Origin: an uncultured virus (IMG/VR IMGVR_UViG_3300034066_002051)
Taxonomy: Duplodnaviria > Heunggongvirae > Uroviricota > Caudoviricetes
Direction: 5' to 3' (one strand)
Virus record (IMG/VR): IMGVR_UViG_3300034066_002051
Length of the DNA: 64,000 nt
A program made the translations under genes and the position numbers. Every line of letters starts with the position of its first letter. The first letter of the stretch is position 1. Positions 50,214 through 58,898 of this stretch are shown here, one piece after another. The notes below the pieces were generated by a model. That model was not told where the DNA came from. It worked only from the letters and a program-made list of their open reading frames with translations, and ran no database searches.

Positions 50214-50421
50214 AGTTATAATCAGTAGGATAAGAGGAGTTCAGGGATACACTTTCTTGGTGACTTTCCCAACCATTTTCATTACCCATTTCATAGATTG
50301 CTTGGGCAAAATCAATAAAATCTTTTGTATTTCCATAATACTCGGAACAACTACCATCGTCCCTAATTCCACCTTCTTGAAAGTGAAATCTTACAAGTTC
50401 AAGGATTTGTTCGTCAGTCAT
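50206..50421 (-). CDS. hypothetical protein
   Basis: start reassigned to MTDEQILEL. Confidence 0.5.
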   Translation of the reverse strand: MTDEQILELVRFHFQEGGIRDDGSCSEYYGNTKDFIDFAQAIYEMGNENGWESHQESVSLNSSYPTDYNYD

Positions 50422-50675
50422 TCTTCCCACCCATCAAAGTATTCTGTAAAAAAGTTAACACTCAAACCAACTTTACCAACTTGAAAATCTACTCCAAATA
50501 AAGAATTAGTAAAGAATGAGAATAGGATGTGTAATCCACCATCACTAAAAACTAAACGACCGGGATTTTCATAATGAACCCAGAATAATGTTTTATTGTT
50601 GATGATACCAAACTGCCAAGTGTAGTCAGCATCACCATCGTCCCAAACTTTTTTGTCGTATTGGAAGAGTTTCAT
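50418..50675 (-). CDS. hypothetical protein
   Basis: start reassigned to MKLFQY; aromatic, beta-rich. Confidence 0.5.
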   Translation of the reverse strand: MKLFQYDKKVWDDGDADYTWQFGIINNKTLFWVHYENPGRLVFSDGGLHILFSFFTNSLFGVDFQVGKVGLSVNFFTEYFDGWEE

Positions 50676-50944
50676 TCTACAATCAAACAATAACGACATT
50701 GAAAAGCAAATTGGTCTTTATTGTGAGTTTTCTTCACACCATTCTCCTCCCAAGAATAATAAATCTCATACCAATGATTTTCTTCGTGATCTGAAGCAGG
50801 ATAGACTTTAATTTCCTCGACGGTGACATAACCCTTGGAACCATCTGCCCGTGCCCAACGAGAACCAACTTGGATTTCGTGTGGTTTGAAGAAATGCCGG
50901 ACAACTGCTTTGCGTCCGTCTATGATTTCAGTTTTGTAGTTCAT
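50672..50944 (-). CDS. hypothetical protein
   Basis: start reassigned to MNYKTE. Confidence 0.5.
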   Translation of the reverse strand: MNYKTEIIDGRKAVVRHFFKPHEIQVGSRWARADGSKGYVTVEEIKVYPASDHEENHWYEIYYSWEENGVKKTHNKDQFAFQCRYCLIVE

Positions 50945-51222
50945 AGTAACTCTAATTTGCAACCACCATTCACATCATAGACCACTTTAACCTGATAATC
51001 TACACACATATTTGCTCTCCACATAGCATTTTTGAACTCCTCTGTTTCTTTCTCTGGGTACTTGGCAACAAGTTTGAAGTTCTCATCATACTCATTACAA
51101 TTCACATCTCCAAGATAATGGAGATTTAGGAAACGATTGAGTTGTTGTTTTTGTTCGTGGTCAAGTTGAATTCTTACAAATGTGATGAATTCGTTTGATG
51201 CTGGGAGTTCTTCTTCGGTCAT
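50941..51222 (-). CDS. hypothetical protein
   Basis: 93 aa, ATGA-coupled. Confidence 0.55.
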   Translation of the reverse strand: MTEEELPASNEFITFVRIQLDHEQKQQLNRFLNLHYLGDVNCNEYDENFKLVAKYPEKETEEFKNAMWRANMCVDYQVKVVYDVNGGCKLELL

Positions 51223-51392
51223 TTGCTTAAAAGTTGATTGAGATCTTTTACGATGCGTTGTGCTTCTTGTAGTGATTTACATTCTTTTGCGATGTAACTA
51301 AAACCATTGGAGAATGTTCGGCGGATCTTGTTACCTTCAGCGAAGTAAGTTCCATAGCGAGCAGGGAACTGATTGAGGATTGCTCTAATCAT
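51219..51392 (-). CDS. hypothetical protein (57 aa, below ORF-track cutoff)
   Basis: MIRAILNQFPARYGTY...LLSK with ATGA overlaps at both ends. Confidence 0.5.
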   Translation of the reverse strand: MIRAILNQFPARYGTYFAEGNKIRRTFSNGFSYIAKECKSLQEAQRIVKDLNQLLSK

Positions 51393-51559
51393 TTCAAAAG
51401 GTTGTTCAAACGGACGAGAGTTTCAGTGGTCCAGTATTTGTTATCACCATGAGGAGGGTACAACTTGCTATACCACATGCCATACAGAACAGGATTGATA
51501 CCTTGAATTTTTTCCAAAGTATCAGCAATCCTCACATTAAGAGTGTGCTGGTCGTCCAT
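51389..51559 (-). CDS. hypothetical protein
   Basis: start reassigned to MDDQH, downstream of cassette copy 2. Confidence 0.5.
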   Translation of the reverse strand: MDDQHTLNVRIADTLEKIQGINPVLYGMWYSKLYPPHGDNKYWTTETLVRLNNLLK

Positions 51560-51573
51560 TGGTTTATTTGAAC

Positions 51574-51637
51574 TGAAGTTATTATAAGACAAAAAGAGCA
51601 CCTGTGGAGATGCCCTTATGCCAGTTGTTCAACTGAC
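51574..51637 (-). promoter_or_regulatory. repeated promoter/stem-loop cassette, copy 2
   Basis: minus strand CAGTTGAACAACTG...GGGCATCT-CCAC-AGGTGCTC-TTTTT...TATAATAACTTCA. Confidence 0.7.
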
Positions 51638-52066
51638 CCTTTCCATTTTAGCAAGTGGTTCAGTCCCCCATTTCATAGGAATATCAAAGTCTACAGTAAT
51701 CGGCATTTTATTTCTGGAAACATTTTCATTCTCAATGATACCCTGTTCTACTGCTCGTTCGATAGAAAGTTTCCTACGAAGGACCCGATGAAGGTCATAA
51801 AGAATACCATTACTTTCTGGAAGGTCTGGATGTCCTACTCCAAGTGAGGAAGCACCACCATCAATACCATCAATCATATGTTTGGATAGAATTGCTCCAA
51901 TAATTCTCATATCTTGATGAAATTCCTCATAATCAATAGGTTTTTGAAGAGGTAGATTATCTTGAATTTCTCTCCATTGACCCAGTTGAACTCTTTGAAG
52001 CAAATCAGTAGCATCTACAAGTGCTCGTGCCTGCTTTTCAGTGATGGTGAGGTTATAGGTTTTCAT
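51629..52066 (-). CDS. hypothetical protein
   Basis: 145 aa; stop codon lies inside cassette copy 2. Confidence 0.6.
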   Translation of the reverse strand: MKTYNLTITEKQARALVDATDLLQRVQLGQWREIQDNLPLQKPIDYEEFHQDMRIIGAILSKHMIDGIDGGASSLGVGHPDLPESNGILYDLHRVLRRKLSIERAVEQGIIENENVSRNKMPITVDFDIPMKWGTEPLAKMERVS

Positions 52067-52275
52067 TTCTTACCTTCCAAAATGTCAAGTTTCTCGTTGA
52101 TAAAACTAGTAATATCGAGCGTTCGTGGATCTACGCCTTCATCTAGGCAATCAAGGTTAAATTCCATAAATGCACCCAGAATCAAACAAGCACGACGTTT
52201 ATCATGCACAGTAATAGTAGTATGTGGCATGGCAACATAAGCAACAACGTGCTCGTAGAGTTGATCGTAAGTCAT
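52063..52275 (-). CDS. hypothetical protein
   Basis: 70 aa, ATGA-coupled. Confidence 0.55.
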   Translation of the reverse strand: MTYDQLYEHVVAYVAMPHTTITVHDKRRACLILGAFMEFNLDCLDEGVDPRTLDITSFINEKLDILEGKK

Positions 52276-52556
52276 TCAACTTCTCCGGGTTGAGGTTCGG
52301 GTACAGGTGGCAGAGGAGGAAGAACGGGAGGTTGTTGCACTACTACCGGAGCCGATGTTGCTTCTGGAGTAGGTTTTTCCTCCACTTCTTTTAATTTCTC
52401 CTCGAGTTTATTAATTTTTTCTTCAAAAACAGAGACATCTTGTCCCTGTTCTACTGGGATCGTTTGATTTTCATTTGCCAATTTCCATCCAGCAGTACCA
52501 GCAGCAAAGATACTTGCAAGAGCAGCACAAACAGAAACAGTCTTAGAAAAACTCAT
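52272..52556 (-). CDS. hypothetical membrane-anchored protein
   Basis: N-terminal hydrophobic helix, coiled coil, Pro-rich tail. Confidence 0.55.
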   Translation of the reverse strand: MSFSKTVSVCAALASIFAAGTAGWKLANENQTIPVEQGQDVSVFEEKINKLEEKLKEVEEKPTPEATSAPVVVQQPPVLPPLPPVPEPQPGEVE

Positions 52557-52735
52557 TCAGAAACTTCCTCTTCAAAAATAAACCATTCAGAAATAGAATT
52601 CATAGCACCTTGAACCACGCAATCAACTACGGCATCCTCATGTGGGTTCTCTACGTGCTTATGAGCACGATTATAACCGAATCGGACGCCTTCTTCAAGG
52701 GCCATTTCCAAAACTTTATGAAAGTTTGGCCTCAT
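52553..52735 (-). CDS. hypothetical protein
   Basis: start reassigned to MRPNFH. Confidence 0.5.
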   Translation of the reverse strand: MRPNFHKVLEMALEEGVRFGYNRAHKHVENPHEDAVVDCVVQGAMNSISEWFIFEEEVSE

Positions 52736-52955
52736 CTTTAATCTCCTTTTTAAGTTGGCGAATTTGCCTGGAGAAATAACCAAAGTCTCGTGCTTCAGTC
52801 ACTCGAGATTCTTTCCCACAAACATCGCATTCTCCTGTCCGCACGGACGAGCATCCAACCGAATATACTCCATACTCCCGCCCACAATCAAAACAAGTGG
52901 TATAGGCTCCCTCAAGTTTCTTGAGAAGGGCTTTCTTTTCTTTCAAAGAGTTCAT
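52716..52955 (-). CDS. small Zn-ribbon-like protein
   Basis: CFDC...CDVC pairs; start reassigned to MNSLKEK. Confidence 0.5.
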   Translation of the reverse strand: MNSLKEKKALLKKLEGAYTTCFDCGREYGVYSVGCSSVRTGECDVCGKESRVTEARDFGYFSRQIRQLKKEIKDEAKLS

Positions 52956-53094
52956 AAGAAGATTCCTCATCACCAAGACTATCATACAACATTTTGGCAA
53001 ACCTGGCATAGGCTGGTGGGCCACCTTCTATACTGGATGAGGTGGCCACAGTCCACATGATTCTCAAGTCCCAATCACTCGGGAGTGGTTTCAT
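52912..53094 (-). CDS. hypothetical protein
   Basis: 60 aa. Confidence 0.5.
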   Translation of the reverse strand: MKPLPSDWDLRIMWTVATSSSIEGGPPAYARFAKMLYDSLGDEESSYELFERKESPSQET

Positions 53095-53395
53095 CGGAAT
53101 CCCCGCATAGTTCCTTAAGAGTTGGATATTCTTCCATATCGTCTATGACAAATCTCCAAGGATAACCACATAGATCAAAGGAAATGCCAATTTTCCAGAC
53201 ATTGAGCAAAATACCAAAGAGTTTGCCCATTCCTGAGGTTATTTGCAAATATGGCCAACCTGGGTATTCGCTGTAGTCAATGGCAATCTGCAATACTACA
53301 AACTTAGATGTTTTGAAGAATGATACATAGAACTCATGGCCATAATCCCATCTCCGAACAAACTCAATCAATTTAAAATAAGGCAATTTTTTCAT
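53075..53395 (-). CDS. hypothetical protein
   Basis: 106 aa, aromatic, beta-rich. Confidence 0.55.
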   Translation of the reverse strand: MKKLPYFKLIEFVRRWDYGHEFYVSFFKTSKFVVLQIAIDYSEYPGWPYLQITSGMGKLFGILLNVWKIGISFDLCGYPWRFVIDDMEEYPTLKELCGDSDETTPE

Positions 53396-53754
53396 GATTC
53401 TACATCCTCGAGCAGTTCTTCAATTCTTTTAAGTTGGTCAAGGTCCATAGGAACAAGTTCTTCTTCTCCACTATCTATCCTATCACATAAGTCCTGTAGA
53501 TACTCCAAGAACTCTTTCGGATAGGTCTCATCCATGTTAATAGACGCCCAGAACCACTCATAGCATTCTGTAAACGGATCGTCATCATCAAGAAGAGCAT
53601 AATTGGCATAGTTGCCAGTCATCAAGTCTCTCCACATCTTGAAGTTATCTTCAAAGGACTTGAGCCATACAGGGATGAGATGCGTGGAGATATATGCCCA
53701 CCAACTCATTTTATTTGGTTGTCTGTTCGAAGCAGTCTGAGTTAAATTTTCCAT
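53392..53754 (-). CDS. hypothetical protein
   Basis: 120 aa, GAGG RBS; first gene of the small-ORF array. Confidence 0.55.
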   Translation of the reverse strand: MENLTQTASNRQPNKMSWWAYISTHLIPVWLKSFEDNFKMWRDLMTGNYANYALLDDDDPFTECYEWFWASINMDETYPKEFLEYLQDLCDRIDSGEEELVPMDLDQLKRIEELLEDVES

Positions 53755-53883
53755 GGATTCCTCTAAGAATAACGTATCCCTCTGAAAGGGTCTTTTCTAC
53801 AAAATATACCTGATTTTTGATCAAAATATGATCATAATTACATCCGCCTAGGAACTTTACATTTGCCCCGTATTTAAAATGTT

Positions 53884-56577
53884 TCATTTTGTAAACATAG
53901 AGTTGAAAATTGGGATGAGATCTTGGATGGTTCGAGATTCACCATCAAGTTCGGATTTTTGCTGAGAAACGGTCTTAGTGTTTGCAGTGGCGGCTTTACG
54001 GAAGATTTTATCGATCTCAATAGAAGAGAGCCAGGCATTTGCTACTGGAAGTTCATAGATCCCGTAGTTATACCTCATCCAAGCCCAGCACCAAGCATGA
54101 GCTACTTGGAACAAAGCTGCAACCCCCTCAGCCTGGGACTCTGGACAGAGATACAAGATACTGTCATGAACTGACATACAAAACTCAGCATCCAATTCGT
54201 ACTCTGCAATCAACCATTCCATAGCAGTCATGAAGGCATGGAGCATAGCACTACCAGTGGATTGAATACACCAGTTGTTACGCATGGTCCAGAAATCGGT
54301 TCCAACAGATGTCGGGCGGAAGGCCGTGGACATCTTTGTACCACTTAGAGGATTAATGGGAGAGGGAAGATTGGCAATACGTGCCATTTCATTGTAAGCA
54401 TAGGAATCAGAACCACCGATAAGTGTCTGAGAGACGCTGGAGGCCTTAGTACCCTTCTTAATTTTAATGAGTTTATTTCCCATCTCAACTGCTTGTTTCA
54501 TTGGGATATTTTTGTTTCCCTTTCGGATTGTATTTGCAAGAGTCTTAGCCCCACATCCGTACAACATGCCATAATTACACCCCTTTGCAATAGCCCTAGA
54601 GATCCCAATAGCTTTTGCAGTCATGGAATGCATGTCCGTCCCATCATCTTTAGACCCAGCAAGAATTGAGTGGGAAAATTGTGTGCTTCCGGCAATCTTG
54701 TGATATGAGTCGGCAAAGATCGACGCAACTACTGCCTCTTGAGCGTCGAAGTCGGATTGGACAAATACATAGCCCTCAGGTGCTTGGACACGAGTCTTGA
54801 TTTCACTACCGATCTTGTCGTATTTCGGATCAGGAACAGTCAACCAAAGATTCTCCCCGGCGCGATTGGTCGAAGTGTTATGAGGAACTGCGGCGGGAAC
54901 AATCATCTTAAACTTATTTCCCTTAGGAGTTTTAATCTCCTCTACGAGTTGTTCCCTCACACGACTCCTTACCGAAGTCCAGTATGCCACATTAATTGCA
55001 AGTTTGATGAGTTCTTTTGCCTCAGGAAGATCGGAACTTAGTTGTCCAGATTCGAAATCCTCAGCATAATCCTTGGTCAATACTCCTCCGACATTAACTC
55101 CTTCCCCATCAGTATGAGGGATACGTACATAGTCCCCAAGATCTTCATCCATGAAGCACCAGCCTTTATCAGTAAAGAACTTTAGAGGTTGATCATTCCA
55201 CTTAAGACGAAGGAGAAGATGGGATAGGCGATTTTTAGTTGAGATATCTTGGATTACAGGTTTGCCATCAATGAGGTCTTTGGCAGATACACTCCTCACC
55301 CACTTAGGCACTCCGTACCACTTCGAGCTGGGTTTCCCAGCCTTTGTAAGTTTAAAGTTTGCTTCCCAGTCAAGTTGGGAGAGCCATGGATCTGCTTTAA
55401 TATCCTCATCGGTAATCTCTCCTTCATTCCAAGACTGATATACCTCCTCGGCCATTTTGCAAAGAATCTCTTCTTGGCGGGAGAGCGAAGTTTCCCACTG
55501 TTTCTCACAACCATCAAACCACTTCTCCCAATCACTCACTACCGGAAGGTGAGCAGAAGAGATACCAAAATGGCCAGCAAGAGTGGTTAATGACGGATTA
55601 TTTTGAAGGTACTTGAGGAATAGAATAGAATATAGTTCAAAGGTGATTTTTACGTCGTTAAGAGCATAGGTAATAAGATCATCTCGTTCGGGAACAAATT
55701 CCTCCATGGAATTGGCATCTACGAAGATATTTCGGATCTTTTTATCTTCTTGCTCGAGAGGGACCATTGGCTGGCAATGGAAGTTATAACAATCGATGAG
55801 ATTATTCATGGATCCCTTATCGGCCCAGATAGGATCGGCTTTATAGGTAGCTTTCTTAGCTGCTTTCTGCAAATACCACCAACGTTGACCTGATGCCAAT
55901 CCACTCACATTGATATGAGCTGACATCGTGTCAAACCAAGAATTTGTTTTGCCAAGGACATAGGCTTCTTGAGTCCGAGCTCGGTCAAATGCTACGTTAT
56001 GAGCAACTAGAATCTTATCCCTGCCTCCAATGGGCACAAGCATTGGCTTATATTCTGTCTTACTATTTACGAACGCGGGATGCATCCAAATATAATATGC
56101 CTTAGGAGTAACCGCAGTGGCCAAGATGGGATGGCCAAAGTCACTACCCTTTACAAAGGTCTCACAGTCATAGACTGCAATATCCTCCTCAATCCCATCG
56201 ACAACTTCTGGTTCGCCATTGAAAGGATACTTGACCCAACCAGCATACAGAAAAAATTTAGTTTTATCCGGTGCTTCACCGATTTCGGTATAAGCAAAGT
56301 CCTTCATTAATTCAACTTTATCCCCGCAGACGTCTTTGGAGATAGCATCAAAATGATCCTTGATGTTGTTTGCTTTTAACTCAGGTAGAGCAAAGTCCTC
56401 GATAAAGAAATTGCTGGGATTTTTTACAGGAAACTCTACGCCAAACTTCTCCATCTCCTGCTTGACGTTTCTGAGATGCTTTTCATCAGGCTCTGTCTGA
56501 GTTGTTCCTTCACCAAACACCCTCGAGTTCATCACATCGGAAAGAACAGCGTATCCAAGGGAATTCAACTTTGACAT
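53884..56577 (-). CDS. polA: family A DNA polymerase, mitochondrial Pol-gamma-like
   Basis: Exo motifs VYDCET, HNVAFDRAR, FDTMSAHINVSGL, YALNDV; polymerase motifs SDFDAQE, HSMTAKAIGISRAIAKGCNYGMLYG, NWCIQS, SVHDS, closely paralleling POLG. Confidence 0.92.
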   Translation of the reverse strand: MSKLNSLGYAVLSDVMNSRVFGEGTTQTEPDEKHLRNVKQEMEKFGVEFPVKNPSNFFIEDFALPELKANNIKDHFDAISKDVCGDKVELMKDFAYTEIGEAPDKTKFFLYAGWVKYPFNGEPEVVDGIEEDIAVYDCETFVKGSDFGHPILATAVTPKAYYIWMHPAFVNSKTEYKPMLVPIGGRDKILVAHNVAFDRARTQEAYVLGKTNSWFDTMSAHINVSGLASGQRWWYLQKAAKKATYKADPIWADKGSMNNLIDCYNFHCQPMVPLEQEDKKIRNIFVDANSMEEFVPERDDLITYALNDVKITFELYSILFLKYLQNNPSLTTLAGHFGISSAHLPVVSDWEKWFDGCEKQWETSLSRQEEILCKMAEEVYQSWNEGEITDEDIKADPWLSQLDWEANFKLTKAGKPSSKWYGVPKWVRSVSAKDLIDGKPVIQDISTKNRLSHLLLRLKWNDQPLKFFTDKGWCFMDEDLGDYVRIPHTDGEGVNVGGVLTKDYAEDFESGQLSSDLPEAKELIKLAINVAYWTSVRSRVREQLVEEIKTPKGNKFKMIVPAAVPHNTSTNRAGENLWLTVPDPKYDKIGSEIKTRVQAPEGYVFVQSDFDAQEAVVASIFADSYHKIAGSTQFSHSILAGSKDDGTDMHSMTAKAIGISRAIAKGCNYGMLYGCGAKTLANTIRKGNKNIPMKQAVEMGNKLIKIKKGTKASSVSQTLIGGSDSYAYNEMARIANLPSPINPLSGTKMSTAFRPTSVGTDFWTMRNNWCIQSTGSAMLHAFMTAMEWLIAEYELDAEFCMSVHDSILYLCPESQAEGVAALFQVAHAWCWAWMRYNYGIYELPVANAWLSSIEIDKIFRKAATANTKTVSQQKSELDGESRTIQDLIPIFNSMFTK

Positions 56578-56621
56578 AAGAGAATGGCAGATGGGAATAT
56601 TTTATCATAGGCCAGGGCCTA

Positions 56622-57269
56622 TTAGTAATAGATTAAGAATTCTTCACGATCCGTATAATATACCCCCACCCCCTCAAAGTTAGTTGCATCGATGATTTTT
56701 AAGTTCTTGCGGAAGTACGGATAGCCATAATGGCCAAAGAAATACTCCGCATCGAGTTTAATATGATCTTCGAGCTTATCAGTCTTAAACCAAGGATAAC
56801 CTATGCCAGTGAGTACATTATTTCGGGTCTCTGGAGTGTAGTTAGGATTGTAGTAGGCATGGGCGCAACGATAAATCTTTCCGTATGACTCGAATTCATA
56901 GGTCAATGGGGACGTAGTTAACCAATGAAGGTAATCGAGTCTGTCATCAAGAGATAGTTCTCGTAAGCATCCCAAAGTATACCTAACTTCTTTTTGCAGA
57001 ATATCTTCTTCTGGGAGGAGAAGATTTTTAAGAATATAGTTTTCGTTATTACCAAGGATTAAAGTTGCTCGGTTTTGTTTTACTAACTTCTTAATTTTGC
57101 TTAGCATTCTAAGCGGAGAAGTTCTTTTAGAACGTTTAAAAAATGGTTTGTGGTGGATTGTATCTCCCATGAAGATATATTTATACCCTTCAGATTTATC
57201 TAAAATCTTATCAAGAGTATCAATTCGACCATGCAAATCACCAATGAGGCAATATTTTTCAGTATTCAT
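56622..57269 (-). CDS. calcineurin-like metallophosphoesterase
   Basis: IGDLHG, MGD, GNNE, AHA, FGH motifs. Confidence 0.8.
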   Translation of the reverse strand: MNTEKYCLIGDLHGRIDTLDKILDKSEGYKYIFMGDTIHHKPFFKRSKRTSPLRMLSKIKKLVKQNRATLILGNNENYILKNLLLPEEDILQKEVRYTLGCLRELSLDDRLDYLHWLTTSPLTYEFESYGKIYRCAHAYYNPNYTPETRNNVLTGIGYPWFKTDKLEDHIKLDAEYFFGHYGYPYFRKNLKIIDATNFEGVGVYYTDREEFLIYY

Positions 57270-57783
57270 CTTTAGCCTCTAAGCAACATCCAGGCGCCCA
57301 CCAATCAGGTTCTTGGGTCTTCCAAGTAGCAAACCGCCACTTGGCCCAGTTGTAATAATTACGATAAGCTTTAACCGGGAAACCATCAACTTTGCAGTAA
57401 TCTGGCATTGCCTGAGCCGGCTCAGTATAACCGTTATCTGGATATAACTTATTCACCTCGAGTAGATCAATAGACTCAAGACTATTAACCCCCGAGTGAG
57501 GTTTTCCATATCGCTTCTCAAATTCCTCGCAAAGATGATAAGTTAGTTTGTAAGTCCACATAAAGTTACAAACCGACTCTTTCACCCAAAGAGTGCATGG
57601 ATGGTTTTTAAACCCGCGGACTTTATAGAACTCTCCATCTTTCTTCCGAGCAGGATTCAATCCATGATGGGCAAGAGCAACGCTCATCATTTGAAGATGC
57701 TCGATGATCATCTTGTTGACATGCTTATCGCAATGGTACTCCGCTGCAGTCTTAGGATCGTGATCAAGGAAGAAGATGTTCAT
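57259..57783 (-). CDS. pyrimidine-dimer DNA glycosylase/endonuclease V-like protein
   Basis: MNIFFLD...HCDKHVNKMIIE, NHPCTLW, PAQAMPD...AYRNYY family pattern; start reassigned to ATG 57783. Confidence 0.75.
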   Translation of the reverse strand: MNIFFLDHDPKTAAEYHCDKHVNKMIIEHLQMMSVALAHHGLNPARKKDGEFYKVRGFKNHPCTLWVKESVCNFMWTYKLTYHLCEEFEKRYGKPHSGVNSLESIDLLEVNKLYPDNGYTEPAQAMPDYCKVDGFPVKAYRNYYNWAKWRFATWKTQEPDWWAPGCCLEAKDEY

Positions 57784-57805
57784 GACAAAAAAAATCCCTA
57801 GAGCA

Positions 57806-57835
57806 ATCATACTCCAAGGACGGGGGTCGTGTCAA
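57806..57835 (-). promoter_or_regulatory. sigma70-type promoter
   Basis: TTGACA-18 nt-TATGAT upstream of the glycosylase/phosphoesterase/polymerase genes. Confidence 0.7.
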
Positions 57836-57842
57836 GAGAAGT

Positions 57843-58028
57843 TTACACGTCGTAAATTTTGCATTCAGGCGCTCCTGGATGTTTTTGGCAATAAGTCTCT
57901 AATGATGTAGATGCCGATAATGTGATTACCTCATCGTCAATAATGAGGGTAGCTTTAGCATCACCGGTAAAACTAATGCTCCCACCGGGTTTAATTTTTA
58001 AACTATCTGAAAAAGTAATATCTTCCAT
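57843..58028 (-). CDS. cp12: CP12-like protein (C-terminal CP12 loop only)
   Basis: C-terminus SLETYCQKHPGAPECKIYDV matches the CP12 pattern LExYCxxxPxAxECxxYD; N-terminal half atypical. Confidence 0.65.
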   Translation of the reverse strand: MEDITFSDSLKIKPGGSISFTGDAKATLIIDDEVITLSASTSLETYCQKHPGAPECKIYDV

Positions 58029-58072
58029 ATGGTTACCTTAAACAAAAAAGCATTTGTCAGGATTTTCTGACA

Positions 58073-58144
58073 TGGGCGATACTGGATTCGAACCAGTGAC
58101 CATCTCCGTGTAAAGGAGGCACTCTACCGCTGAGTTAATCGCCC
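58073..58144 (-). tRNA. trnV: tRNA-Val(TAC)
   Basis: cloverleaf, anticodon loop TT-TAC-AC, TTCGAAT T-loop. Confidence 0.9.
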
Positions 58145-58287
58145 TTGGAAACGCAGATCTTTAACCAATTAACTAGGTTATTATACCCTAAATGGTCAAA
58201 ATCTGGGCAATCTATTGAATGTGCTTCTAGATAAAACTCTAGAGCCTCGATTACCATTTCATAATCTTGACGTGAAAGAAGAGCCAT
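58135..58287 (-). CDS. hypothetical protein (50 aa)
   Basis: MALLSRQDYEMVIEALEFYL...; stop overlaps the 5' end of tRNA-Val. Confidence 0.4.
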   Translation of the reverse strand: MALLSRQDYEMVIEALEFYLEAHSIDCPDFDHLGYNNLVNWLKICVSKGD

Positions 58288-58394
58288 TTGTCAATCCTCG
58301 CATTCATCTTCGTAGGTAGATGGCTCTTCAAAAAGTTCCCGTATCTTGAGTCGATGGGCCATCTCCATCAACTCTCTAAACTCATCCTCGGTAA

Positions 58395-58703
58395 TCAATC
58401 GTTCTTCAGCCATGGTGGAGCTTTAAACCATTTTGCCAAGGTGTCTGGATCTTGTGGTCCGATGAGATGGTTAGAAGGATCAGGATCGCCAAGATCTAAA
58501 TCGTTCATAAACTCATCAAGAGAGTCCTTCTCAGGAACTCCATTGATTGATACTCTACGGGCCTTATTGAGTATCGAAGCTGCTGAGCGATTATGATCTG
58601 CCCACTTCTGCGCCCATTGCATCTCTTCAAAAGAGACCTCTTTGTGTAAGGCGATTTTTTCGGCAATTGCCTCTAGCCTCAGTCGGGTTTCTGTAGAAAG
58701 CAT
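58395..58703 (-). CDS. hypothetical protein
   Basis: 102 aa; GGTTAAAG variant motif at 58724-58731 upstream. Confidence 0.6.
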   Translation of the reverse strand: MLSTETRLRLEAIAEKIALHKEVSFEEMQWAQKWADHNRSAASILNKARRVSINGVPEKDSLDEFMNDLDLGDPDPSNHLIGPQDPDTLAKWFKAPPWLKND

Positions 58704-58736
58704 AATTTTCTTTCAATAAGGATCTTTAACCTTAAA

Positions 58737-58819
58737 TGTCTGAGAGAGGACTTGAACCTCCACGTCGCAAGGACACAGGTACCTAAAACCTGGGCGTCTA
58801 CCAATTCCGCCACTCAGAC
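58737..58819 (-). tRNA. trnL: tRNA-Leu(TAG)
   Basis: cloverleaf with long variable arm, CAGGT-TT-TAG-GT-ACCTG. Confidence 0.9.
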
Positions 58820-58820
58820 C

Positions 58821-58896
58821 TGGTGCGGATTGCGTGGATCGAACACGCCTAAGGCGAATTATGAGTTCGCTGCATTCACCAGATTGCTAAATCCGC
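58821..58896 (-). tRNA. trnM: tRNA-Met(CAT) (Ile2 not excluded), CCA encoded
   Basis: GCGAA-CT-CAT-AA-TTCGC anticodon arm; ends ACCA. Confidence 0.85.
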
Positions 58897-58898
58897 AA

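Noticed and set aside
53884..56577. Intron or intein in the polymerase, or mitochondrial contamination
   Set aside because: The ORF is continuous with no intein or homing-endonuclease motifs noticed, and it is flanked by phage genes and bacterial-type promoters
58159..58166. GGTTAAAG variant upstream of tRNA-Val as a late promoter
   Set aside because: Falls within a plausible small CDS (Trp-Leu-Lys codons) with a TATAAT box nearby; ambiguous
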